Assembly (NCBI GenBank): GCA_051530055.1 | Contig: CM121343.1 | Location: forward strand, 4,930,389 to 4,994,388 | Direction of reading: 5' to 3' | Source: Neoechinorhynchus agilis | Taxonomy: Eukaryota > Animalia > Acanthocephala | Length of the DNA stretch: 64,000 nucleotides | Part shown: positions 39,178 through 50,935 of the stretch, piece by piece | Layout: the number at the start of each line of letters is the position of its first letter | How positions within the stretch are numbered: the first letter of the stretch is position 1 | Notes under the pieces: model-generated | The model's database searches: none | The model's input: the letters and a program-made list of their open reading frames with translations, nothing else | Told to the model about the DNA's origin: nothing | Position numbers and translations under genes: made by a program

Positions 39178-40956
39178 GAAAGGTCGGATAAGAGTCGAAA
39201 TTGGGAGTGATGCGATCCGGGGGACTGAGATTTCTCCGCAGAATAATCCGGTAGTTTATATCGCCTACAACTTTCTAGTGAATCTATCCAAGTCGAAATT
39301 CAGGGTGAGTGGGTCTTATCGACTAAAGCACCCGCCGCGAGTAGCTCGCCTCAAGTGTCCTCGAACTGACGAAAGGTCCGATAAGATTCGAAATTCGGCG
39401 AAAAGCGAACCTTCAAGTCCGAGATTTCGCAGTCCAATAATCCGGTGGGTTTTATCGCCTACAACTTTCTAGTGGGTCTATCCAAGTGAACATAAACTGG
39501 CTCATGGATAAGTCGGATAAGGTTCGAAATTCGGGGTGATGCGATCCGGGAGGAAGGAGATTTCTCCGCTGAATAATTGGATGGGCTTCATCGCCTACGA
39601 CGCCGCCGCCCCTGCGTGAGTGGTTCGCTCTTAGTGTTCTTGAATTGACGAAAGGTCGGATAAGATTCGAAATTCGGCGAAAAGCGAAACTCGAGGATCG
39701 AGATTTCGCAGTCCAATAATCCGGTGGGTTTTATCGCCTACAACTTTCTAGTGGATCTATCCAAGTGAAGTCGAAATTTGGGGTGAGTGGGTCTTATCGC
39801 TTACAACATTCTAGTGGATCTATTCAAGTGTCCTCGAACATACGAAAGGTCCGATAAGATTCGAAATTCGGGGCGATGTGATCAGGGAGGACGGAGATTT
39901 CTCGGCCGAATAATCCGGTAGGTTTCATCGCCTACGACCACGCTACCGCGCAAGTGGTTCTCCCCAAGTGTCCTCGAATTGACCAAGGGTCCGAAAAGAT
40001 TCGAATTTCGGGGTGATGCGCACTTAAAGGACGGAGATTTCGCAGTTCAATAATCCGGTTGGTTTTATTGCGTACAACTTTCTGGTGGGTCTATCGAAGT
40101 GAACTTGAACTGACTAAAGGATAAGTTCGATAAGAGTCGAAATTCGGGTGACGCGATCCGGGAGGAAGGAGATTTCTCCGCTGAATGTGATCCGGTAGGT
40201 TTCATCGCCTACTGTCCCACCCCTGCGCATGTGGTTCGCCCCAAGTGTCCTCGAATTGACCAAGGGTCCGAAAAGATTCGAATTTCGGGGTGATGCGCAC
40301 TTAAAGGACGGAGATTTCGCAGTTCAATAATCCGGTTGGTTTTATTGCGTACAACTTTCTGGTGGGTCTATCGAAGTGAACTTGAACTGACTAAAGGATA
40401 AGTTCGATAAGAGTCGAAATTCGGGTGACGCGATCCGGGAGGAAGGAGATTTCTCCGCTGAATGTGATCCGGTAGGTTTCATCGCCTACTGTCCCACCCC
40501 TGCGCATGTGGTTCGCCCCAAGTGTCCTCGAATTGACCAAGGGTCCGAAAAGATTCGAATTTCGGGGTGATGCGCACTTAAAGGACGGAGATTTCGCAGT
40601 TCAATAATCCGGTTGGTTTTATTGCGTACAACTTTCTGGTGGGTCTATCGAAGTGAACTTGAACTGACTAAAGGATAAGTTCGATAAGAGTCGAAATTCG
40701 GGTGACGCGATCCGGGAGGACGGAGATTTCTCCGCTGAATGTGATCCGGTAGGTTTCATCGCCTACTGTCCCACCCCTGCGCATGTGGTTCGCCCCAAGT
40801 CTTCTCGAATTGACGAACGGTCTAATAAGAGTCGAAATTGGGGTGACGCGATCCGGGAGGACGGAGATTTCTCCGCTGAATGTGATCCTTTGGGTTTCAT
40901 CGCCTACTGCCCCGCCCCTGCGCAAGTGGTTCGCCCCAAGTGTCCTCGAATTGACG
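39178..40956. repeat. CpG-rich tandem satellite with ~135-140-bp monomers (two ~190-bp variants) and a 277-bp dimeric higher-order repeat
   Basis: Recurrent GATAAGA(T/G)TCGAAATTCGG, GGAGATTTC and ATCGCCTAC. GACCAAGGGTCC recurs at 39981, 40258 and 40535 (period 277). Confidence 0.95.
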
Positions 40957-41449
40957 TAAGAAAACTGCATAACACACGCAGCCACTAAGTTTTCTTACAA
41001 CACGCACACACACAGGATGTTTGTCTAAGGCTACCCGATATGGCGGCACTAGGGCACAGCGTCTCACCTTTCACCTCACGAGTGCACCGAGAAGATATAC
41101 AGAAATCGTTAGCTTTGGGGATCTTTTGTTCTCCGCTGCGGTTCTTCATTTTTATTCCTGTCCATATCCGCGCTCGTGGTATCCGGGGAGTAGACGTGGT
41201 TTAATTTGAACTGTTTAGTTATCTTACAAAAAGAATGCACGTGCCGCAGTAGGCGGTTTTTGTGTGCGTTCTCATTTTGATGGTGTTAGACACGTGCCGC
41301 TTTTGTCGCCATTCGTCAGCTTAAATAGGAATCCTAGCTTTCCAATAGTCTTTTTTCCTAGTCTGATCCGCATAGTGAGGGCATTTATAAATTCGTCCAC
41401 GACGACGTGTTGAAAAATTATGTTTTAGATTGTTAATGATATTCCCATC

Positions 41450-43911
41450 AAATGAACTCTCAAGGTGGCACCAAGGCGCTAGATGACCAAATATTCCATG
41501 CCTTCATCGCCGATACACTTAGGTGACTCCTATTCCATCCCCAAGTACTGTCACGCTCAATACTTAATAGGAAAGCGTATGAAGAGTCCTGTGATAAATT
41601 AATGCAACTGGACTCAGCCGTCAAATCAGGCTACTTCTCCCAATCCAAGGTCTGTCGAACTTATACCATTCAGCGATCTGATCAGTGCCAATTTTTTTCT
41701 AACAGCAACTCTTCGAATGTCAACTCCGCTCGACTCGCTTTTCGACGTATCTCGGCTATCTTCTATCGATCAGAACCGAGTTCGATGCCTATCTGAGAAT
41801 AGTCAAAGGGGCACAAAGTTTACTTAATGCCCATCTCGCAAATGGATCTGCCAATTCAATTCTTGAACGAGTTAAGAGACAATGCAGGCTTAATGGCCAG
41901 GTAAGGAGCGAGACTGTAAAATTTCTATTGTACCGGCTTTCTATTAGAGTGGATTTAAGTACACTTTACATATTTATTTTGCTTGAATTTTTAGGGTCGA
42001 GAGGTTCTTTATCTAAAGCGATTTATATGATAGCATTTGATTTTGTTTATCAATGAACTTTTATGTGAAGTGGAGTCAAGTTTCTCTTTTTTGTGTGTCA
42101 ATTTTAAACATAATCCCGTGATAGATAATGTTTTAGAGAAACCGTAGGGATGAAAAACTACCACCTGAAGTGCATTTAATCTGAATTTTACAGGGAAGAC
42201 TTAAAGCCCTCAAACTATTCCGATCAAACTTTTTTCGTTATGTACTACATTCGAAACAGAGTGTGCCACCATTTTTGAGCAGTATAAACGAAGCTACATT
42301 CTAGGTGCCGGGATATCCGAATTTAGCATAAAAATGGCTTAAATTATACCTACGGATGTTACAGCTTTTACCTTATGAATTACCACATTAAATCTTTAGA
42401 TCCTTAATAATCTTGGGACGCAGTTTGAGTCATCTCTTGGAATTATAAGGATCGATTTTAAAGGTAGACTTTAATTTTAATAAATACTAGCAATATAGAT
42501 AAGAATCCATGTACAGAATTGGTAGCTTTCACTCGAATTTGTCCACTGGATGAATACCTCATTACCGCATCCTATTGCAAGCAGCGATTTTGCTGCCGGT
42601 GCAAGATTAACTCGGACGGGACTCAATGCTGGACACACAACATGATGCTAATGCAATCCAATGGCTTTCACCAGGAAATGCGCCTTAAGGTTCACGAAAC
42701 TCGACATTTGGGAAAGCGTAGAAACAAGCTCGGCGTGATCGCTCTCGATCGAACTCAGCTTTTTCAACAGCTCAACGAATTACAAATGTTGTGTGAGGTA
42801 AACGAGTGTGGGACTATTAAACTTAGGATATGCCTAAGATGGATACCGTACGTATATTGTCAAACGATCGTTTCTAAAATGAATACTTATAAGACCGTTT
42901 GATTCGGCTGAGCTTTGGCGTCTACAGGAACATATTTTCAACTCAAGGTCATTCGACCTTCAACAGCTACCATTTATAATGAAACTAAACGATCAAGATC
43001 AGCACAAATTGGGAGGTACAAATGATGTACAAGCTACGCTGAACCGTTCTATTTCCTTGAGATCGAACGTCATGGCTTTTAGAAACGACGCTACCTCTGA
43101 GAATCAATCATTACCGAAGAACTGCAGATTTACATCCTTTCACATGTCGAAACTATGTCCAGCTTTGAGCACTAATCGCCAACAAAGATCAAAGAAACAT
43201 TTCACAACAATGTCAACTATAATACCCACGTCAAGTGCATTTTGTCCGCCAATCCACAACACCAGTCGCAGCAGCAGCAATAGTAGTAGTACTCATGAAC
43301 TTACCGACCAAAGCGTTGTTGATTGCGTTGCTGGAACTCAAAGTTCTCCCTGTCATGGAAAAACAGATGCGTTCAATGTATCCATATACTTGCCGGCTAT
43401 CGACGGTATACTCAGCGAGCCTTCCGCTTCATTAGCGTTACGTAAACAAGTGGTTTCCGTTGCCACCGGATGCGTCGAGAACCGGAAAGAGGTGGTATCG
43501 TACTCTGAACAGTCTACAAACAATTTTAGAACTAAAAAGGTTCACGAGAAGCCACCGAACTCTTCTGAGGTCCAGAAAGTAAAAGGCTGTTTTGAGTCAC
43601 AATCAACACCTAATCTTATGTTCATTGCCTCAAAGATGACTAGTGTGGTATCTGCAATTGATGGTCAAAAATCCGATATACTTTTCAATGAAGCCGATTT
43701 GATGATCGATGATTGCTTCAGCTTTCTCGACTCAGACTATGGAACAAACGAAACTGACGGGAAGGGCGAAATCCGGCGTAGCGACATTGGCGACATTAGT
43801 CTCTTTAACCGGCTAACTACTTGGCCTGCAACCTTACGTGCTGGCAATTCGCATAAAGTCACAACACAATCGAATATCTCAGTAGAACGAATAACTAGTC
43901 GTCGTACATGA
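41450..43911 (+). CDS. RIPOR: RIPOR/FAM65-family Rho-interacting protein; multi-exon, start approximate
   Basis: KINSDGTQCW..MRLKVHETRHLG..CEVNECGTIKLRICLRWIPY aligns with FAM65 RIEGSGKQVW..LSIKVTELKGL..VDINDLGTIKLSLEVTWSPF. Upstream EFDAYLRIVKGAQSLL. A long Ser-rich exon follows. Confidence 0.65.
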
Positions 43912-44532
43912 CGATTGTTCTTAAAAACGAAAAGGATCGTAGGAACGAATTTGGGATATTAGTAGTCCGTTGTAAATTGAAAAAGAACCTTGTAGTTAAA
44001 TGTGTTTTATCGATGTGATTTACAGACGAAAAAAATTCGTGATTATTTGAAAATTATAAAAGTGAGAATTTCACTTGGTTAGCACTAAACCCCAAAATTC
44101 ACGGCTAATCGAATTTCCACCCTTTCTTTTAAATTTGTAAAATTTAGTTCTTTGCATTAATTGCGTTTATCTACGTCCACAATCTTGATGGGACCAAAGT
44201 TGGTTCGGTCAATGCCTTTGATATGAACTGCCGATATATAGTCAATAACCAATCCGAAGGTGCTCTTTTATATTTAGATGTTGCTGCAAATAGGACGCAC
44301 GCCGAATCTGACAGGATGTTTTTGTAAGTTGGATAAATTCAAAGAAGCTCGACTTTGACAACAAACATAGAAAACGTCGTTCCGAAACCTGATATGAATT
44401 GGGGAAGACAAAATTTTAAAAACGAAATCATATGAAAAAATCGCGAACAGAGCGCGGTGCCCAGTGCTTTATCAGTTTGATTAATAATCGAACCCTTAAT
44501 GCATTCCTCGCACGATTGAAAAATTTATGTTT

Positions 44533-45421
44533 TTAATAATAAGGCGCCGGATTACCATCAGTATAATGGCATATTTCCTTATCGTCAAACACTGATAAAT
44601 CAAGTATTTTTGGAAAAACAAAAATAATGTCGAGGTTATTTACCACCTTATAATAAGTCAGAAGATAATTTCTAGTTGGCGTTTTAGGGAGTCTAAGCGG
44701 CTTTCGCACAAATTCAGCCAAATCAGCTTTCTCACTTGAAATGGATTTTAGCAGTATAGTTCGATTCTCCGCCAACGGAATGCATTGTGCAAGTAGTGTG
44801 AGTGTCCATGGACAGCGGTATATCCCCCGCCTGAAATTTTTCAAGTCACAACTGCCAGTTGGTTTCATTCCATATATGCCCATGAGAAAATCCATAAATT
44901 TCCGTTGGTTTTCTTCACCTTTTCGACGGTTTTCGCATGCTCGCTCAAACCAATAAGTTATATCTTGTGATTGTATAGGACAAGGAAGATGAAAAAATTA
45001 GTCCTTTACTTTTATCTTCCCTTCCATCTAAACGCTTCCGACGGGATATGCAGTAGTATTTAAAGGCATATTCGATTAGTTCATCGAAAGTTCCACATAG
45101 AAACAGTTGCAGCATAGCTAAGAAATTTTTAAATTTTATAGCATTGTATGAGTCCTCGAAAAGGTTATATAGTCGTCGAATATATAAATCGTTCTCCATC
45201 CCAAGCCAAATTCTAGCAAATGTATAAAATGCGTGGTAACCCATTTTACCATCGGGACCCGTTGCAGCTAAAGCATCATAAAGTTTCGATATTTCCGATA
45301 ATTCAAATACAGTAAATCTGTTCGATTTTTTGTTGACATATAATAGGGCCCGATCAAGGTTCTCACATTTTAATGCCAAACTTTGAACTTTTTCATTGGC
45401 AGGCTCAAAACTGGTACGCAT
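44533..45421 (-). CDS. EFCAB1: Calaxin/EFCAB1-like EF-hand protein, divergent
   Basis: FTVFELSEISKLY..AFYTFARIWLGMENDLYIRRLYNLF..LFLCGTFDELIEYAFKYY and TLLAQCIP parallel calaxin FNKFEV..FGMTDDMIMDRVFRGF..LFLRGSLEEKMKYCF..EAFGPCLP. Confidence 0.6.
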
Positions 45422-46276
45422 TGATTTTGTTGCCCATGCCCATTACAAATAATCTGGTAACCATGGCAACTGAAGCTCGATTCGTGGTAAAAAAGCGATC
45501 TAGATGCCTTCTTGTAACAAATGGGCGAAATGCAACACCCAAATCTCTTAAGGGCCTTTGACTAGTTTTTCGTATATTTTATAGAACTGACTATTGGATT
45601 CCTCTATAATGCCGAATTAAATTAGGTCGTCCTTAATACGACTTAAAAGATACGTTCGACTTCGACTCGCCTGTCCACTTCATGATTTTTAATGAAATCC
45701 GGCGGATCGTGAATCGTTCGTATTTTGCCATTGTTTATTCTTAAATTTTCTAGTGAAAAAATTAAAGCTTCGAGGATTGATCGATGTAAATGAAAATGTT
45801 TACAGATTCCGGCAGTTTATCGTCGAAATTCCTCCGATTAATACGATCGATCTGAACTCATGTCCTTTTGTAAATTCGTCAGCAAGTTTGCATAGAAACA
45901 TTTTAATTCAAATAAAAGTATTTTTTTGCATCGTTTCTATCGGCAAAAACGAAATTCAATAAACAAATATTGTATTTGTAATCGATATTGATGCGATCTT
46001 TCTTTATTGAAATTTGCCGCTTGTTAATTTATGCAATTAATTTGAAAGCACAATAGTTCATTTTAGAGATTACTGGCCAAAATGAAGGCCAAGTGTTTTT
46101 TTAAAATCATAGCCCAATGCATTAGACTTTATAAAGACACTACGAGAAGCCTGTAATGGTTGGCTTTTCAGAAATCACTTCGAGTGTAAAAAATTTTTCT
46201 TTTTGCAATAGGTCGTCCAAGTTGAAAGCGTTCGAAACATATAAAAGTGGTACCCTCTAACCAATATCTGCACGTA

Positions 46277-46373
46277 CAGAACATATCCTTGGCTATCCAG
46301 CGAGGAAACGCAGCGAGTGTCTTGGGGACGGTGAAGGACAATTCAAAATAATATAAGTTAACTTTAAAAAAAA
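46277..46373 (+). mobile_element. Second, shorter 3' fragment of the same CRE element
   Basis: The first 67 nt are identical to 31703-31769 (QNISLAIQRGNAASVLGTVKDN), followed by the same AATAATATAAGTTAA tail and poly(A). Confidence 0.85.
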
Positions 46374-46865
46374 TGCTTATTATTGTTTAAAAAAAATTAA
46401 TTTAAAAAGTACATTTTATGCCTTGAAATTATACGTCTGAAATGTATCAATATAACAAACTTTGTGAATTTATTAATGATGGAGAAGCAAATAAAAAGAT
46501 CCATGTAAAAATCATGGGAAGTTAAAGATAGCGCCTATTGCGATTTATTTAAATTTTAAAAAATAAATCGTTATAAGAATTCGATGAGCTATAAATGAAT
46601 TTTTAGAGATAAATTGGTTTTATCTAAACAGGTCAAATTTTGCTGTTCTCAAATCCGCTGGGTTTGTTGTTCGCATGAACGGACATGCGTGAAAGTAAAA
46701 TAGCGCTGTGATTAGATTCGCGGGCAAAAATTTGTCATGATTCAGTGATCATTCTCGCTTCGCCTGATCTTCAATTACATAAACTGGGATTTTTGCGTCT
46801 AAGAATGGATCCAGATTCAAAAGACCACCGTGTTTTTTGACTCTGTTGCAAATTAGATCGCAAAA

Positions 46866-47957
46866 ATGTGGCTTGACACACAGGTAAAATAAAAGAATTT
46901 CGATCGGCTTTAACGTTTTTAGTTGGTGAGTCTTAAGTGCAATGTTTGCAATCAAGAAATAAGTAAAGGTAAACAATCTACTGATTTGGATGGCTTAAAT
47001 GTTTTTATTCAGGTGACCAGCAATACGTTATCCTTTATCCAATCAGAACCATCTATCACATAAAGTGTATAAAATGTAACATTTGCTTTAAAGACATTTC
47101 AAAGCAAAGAACGTGCGTTTTGATTCAAAATATTCTGGTTTGCATGCAAGATTATGCTACCTTGTAAGCTTAATGAGTAAATTGAACTAATGTTCAAATC
47201 AATACTGTTTAGTCTCCGGCCAAGTAGCATGAAATCGAAGAAACGATGCTTTGTTTGCTCTGGGAACATTTATTTTGGTGAACTGGTTACTCGAATCGGA
47301 CGAATTTATGACCAACGTCTAGTTCATGTGAGATGTTTCAACTGTAAAGTTTGTGGGAACTATATTAATGCGAATGATTGCTATTATACCGTATATTGTG
47401 GAATTATTTGCTCGCAATGCATTCTCGAATTCGGAAAATCTGATTGGGATAATGACAGTAATCGATCAGAAGTTCAATTGGATGCTGAGGTTCGAAATGT
47501 GCACAAAAAGATGATGGTCGAAAATAGATTCAATATTACTCAGTCATCTCAGCGATGTTGTGATTGCATCCTGTTAAGTCACGCTGAAAGCTCATGTGCG
47601 TGGACAACTTATTTAGCTCATTATGAACGAAGAAAACGACCAAGGACTACGTTCAAGTATCAACAATTAAAACTTCTACAGGAGCATTTCGATCGCAATC
47701 ACAATCCTGATGCAAACAGCTTGAAACAATTATCGATTGATACCGGATTAGACAAAAGAGTACTCCAGGTTTAGTAATCTTACGTTTTTTTAAACTTATC
47801 ATCATTATAAAGGTTTGGTTCCAAAATAATAGAGCCAAGTATCGAAAGCAGGTAATATCTCATACATCAAAACTATTTAATTTAAAGACATTATTAGTTC
47901 AAGAAACAAAAGACTGAATCCAGTGATTCGCGGGATAAAAATGATCAATTGATTTAG
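46866..47957 (+). CDS. LHX2/9: LIM-homeodomain protein, Lhx2/9 (apterous) class; about 6 exons
   Basis: LIM1 KCNVCNQEI|SDQQY..YHIKCIKCNIC..LVCMQDY. LIM2 CFVCSGNI..ELVTR..HVRCFNCKVC..CSQC. Homeodomain RPRTTFKYQQL..NHNPDANSLKQLSIDTGLDKRVLQ|VWFQNNRAKYRK. Confidence 0.85.
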
Positions 47958-48022
47958 TGCCACACAGAATCAATAAAAGTATACGTGCATGTGGATTTCA
48001 AAATATTAATTTTAACAAATAG

Positions 48023-49345
48023 CAAATTATACCTTTTTTGAAAATAATCCCGGTCATAACATATTTGATTCATAGGGGAAATACGTTATGACCAGGATTT
48101 TTTGCAAAAAAAGTATAATTTGATTAACCCGAAGGATTTTCACTGTCGATGATTAAAATGATTTTAAAACTGCCGATTGGCTTCGAAGAGGCACACAATC
48201 TTGTACGCCTTAAGTTTTTAAAGTCACAAATATTTAAAAACTTACAAGCAACAACCTTGATAAAAAGGCGAACAAGATTGTGAGCTTCTCCGAAAACAAT
48301 CATTTGAATTTCTTCACCATATAAAACAACGAATTGTATAAATGCATTCAAATTTATCATCGACAAAGAAAATCCTTCGGGTTAATCAAATTATTTGTGT
48401 TTGAAAATAATCCCGGTAATAACTTATCAAACAATGACTGAGGAGGCGGCGAGGTTACCTCCTTCGAGATGTTTCCCCTATGAATCAAATATTTTATGAC
48501 CAGGATTATTTTCAAAAAAAAGTATAATTTGATTAACTCCAAGGATTTTCTCTGTCGATGATTAAAATGATCTTAAAACTGTCGATTGGTTTAGGAGAGG
48601 CACAATCTTGTACGCCTTTTGATCTAGGTCGTTTGGAAGTTTTTAAATATCTGTGAGTTTAAAAACTTACAAGCAACGACCTTGACCAAAAGGCGTACAA
48701 GATTGTGTGCCTCTCCGAAAACAATCGGCAGTTTTAAAATAAAATCATTTTAATCATCGACAAAGAAAATCCTTCGGGTTAATCAAATTATTTGTGTTTG
48801 AAAATAATCCCGGTAATAACTTATCAAACAATGACTGAGGAGGCGGCGAGGTTACCTCCTTCGAGATGTTTCCCCTATGAATCAAATATTTTATGACCAG
48901 GATTATTTTCAAAAAAAGTATAATTTGATTAACCGGAAGGATTTTCTCTGTCGATGATTAAAATGATCTTAAAACTGTCGATTGGTTTAGGAGAGGCACA
49001 ATCTTGTACGCCTTTTGATCTAGGTCGTTTGGAAGTTTTTAAATATCTGTGAGTTTAAAAACTTACAAGCAACGACCTTGACCAAAAGGCGTAGAAGATT
49101 GTGTGCCTCTCCGAAAACAATCGGCAGTTTTGAAATAAAATCATTTTAATCATCGACAAAGAAAATCCTTCGGGTTAATCAAATTATTTGTGTTTGAAAA
49201 TAATCCCGGTAATAACTTATCAAACAATGACTGAGGAGGCGGCGAGGTTACCTCCTTCGAGATGTTTCCCCTATGAATCAAATACATTATGACCGGGATT
49301 ATTTTCAAAAAAAGTATAATTTGATTAACCGGAAGGATTTTCTGT
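48023..49345. repeat. Tandem array of ~396-bp units (~3.3 copies), each made of two hairpin modules (~268 nt and ~117 nt)
   Basis: CGACAAAGAAAATCC recurs at 48361, 48758 and 49154. Module B (48524-48791) and module A (48797-48913) are each self-complementary. Confidence 0.95.
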
Positions 49346-50935
49346 AAACCTACTATAAAAATCTTTACTTTGAAGTGAGCTGACGGTTCTACTTTTCTAT
49401 TTGTGTTGAAGAACTCCGTTTTTTTTCTCACAAAAGCGCAAAAAAGATGAGGGTGGTTCATAGAAACGGAAAACACGAGCTTTTCAAAAGGCACTTAGCG
49501 CCACATGGAGCAAAAGTTGTACTTCCCCAAATGCGTGCTTCTCTATAGATTTGAGCATATTGGTTACGCCATTCATAAAATTATTCCATTCTTTATGGGG
49601 TACTTTTGCGAACATCTCCGGAAAATAAGTCAAATGGCGCCGTGTTCACTGCGAAGCGCCGGAAAATTCGTTAATATACTTCGAAAACAATGCCTTTTGA
49701 TGTGTTCTTCGTTAAAAATCCCAAAGGTGGAAATGAGTCTAGATGACCAATTTATTCCCCACAGTGTTTAAAATGAACGCGGGATTGAATCCAAATTTGC
49801 CATTTCTGATCAACTTTACCGATCAAATACGAATGTAAATAACCGGATTTATCCGAGAAGGGCACGCGATCCAGACAACGATTAATACGAAGGAGGGTTT
49901 TAACCGAAATGGCAAGGGAGTCTCCTCAAGTTCGCCGACTTCCAAATTCATCGATCGCGATAACTTCAATATCGATTTCGCTCATCGACCTCGCGGTTTT
50001 TTGAAGGAAGACAGCATTCAATTTTTTTGATTTCAGTCCTTCAAACAGTGAGTGCAATTTTTTAAATCCAGTTCTTAGTAAATTTCTCGCTGTACGCCGA
50101 GCTCCGTGAGTTATTCAAGGGTTCAAATGCGCCTACTCGTGTTTAGATCGTGACGTCATTGCATATTGGAGCGCCGGCACATAATTTCATTTTGGCACTA
50201 TGTGGAATGCCATTCTTCTACGAGTGATTGAATTCCTCTCAGTGAGCGGAAATCTTAGTTGCAGTTTTATTCGTTATTGCATTCGATTCTCAATCCTTGT
50301 CAAATCTAAATTGCCTTAGGATTTGACGGTACCATTGAAGATAGAAGACAAAACTTTTAAATAATTTAACACGTTAATCGCCTCTTTTTTTGCGATCAAA
50401 GTTTTAAAGTATTATTCTCCTTTATGATTTCAACGATAAAACGTATACTGCAGGTGGATGCTTTCTTTTTTGTTACCGAGCACTTAAAAATTTCTTTATT
50501 CATTTCTAGATAACTCAGATTGTCATAAAAATATGTGAGTATATTTCATCATGTTCAAAATATTTGCAGACTTCATTTGCCTATTTATAAGCTGACACAT
50601 TAGAGTTTAATGAGTCGTCGTTGATAGAACCTTGGATATTTATATCAATAGCTACACTGTATACCGATTGCAAACCAAAGGTTTATTTTTGGCGTAAAAT
50701 GCGCAATAGTCGAAAAAGTGTACGTTTTGAGGCAAACTAGAAATCAAAAAATAATATATTCTGTATTTGCTCGCGGGTGATTCTAACGGTCCACATCACT
50801 TTCATATTGGTGGAAAAATCGATCGAGTGGACCTTTTTACTCAGACATTTGCATTGTGTGCCACTCTTCCGATTGTTTAGTCGTCTCTACATTTCCAATC
50901 AATCGAAAATACTTCTTCTATATCCTGATCATCAG

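Noticed and set aside
39178-40956. CRISPR-like or coding interpretation of the satellite (ORFs 39278, 40668, 40785)
   Set aside because: Whole monomers repeat with no unique spacers, the context is eukaryotic with no cas genes, and the ORFs are by-products of the repeat.
48124-49494. Short ORFs inside the hairpin array
   Set aside because: They are repeated, hydrophobic AT-rich frames produced by the repeat unit, with no protein motif.
49400-49800. Tc1/IS630 transposase remnant (PIYSP) beside the hairpin array
   Set aside because: It is a single short motif with no DDE context and too many stops to support.
50151-50158. Perfect cAMP-response element TGACGTCA upstream of the PKA-like kinase (also at 39160 and 2940)
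   Set aside because: About one chance occurrence is expected in 64 kb, and one copy lies in coding sequence.
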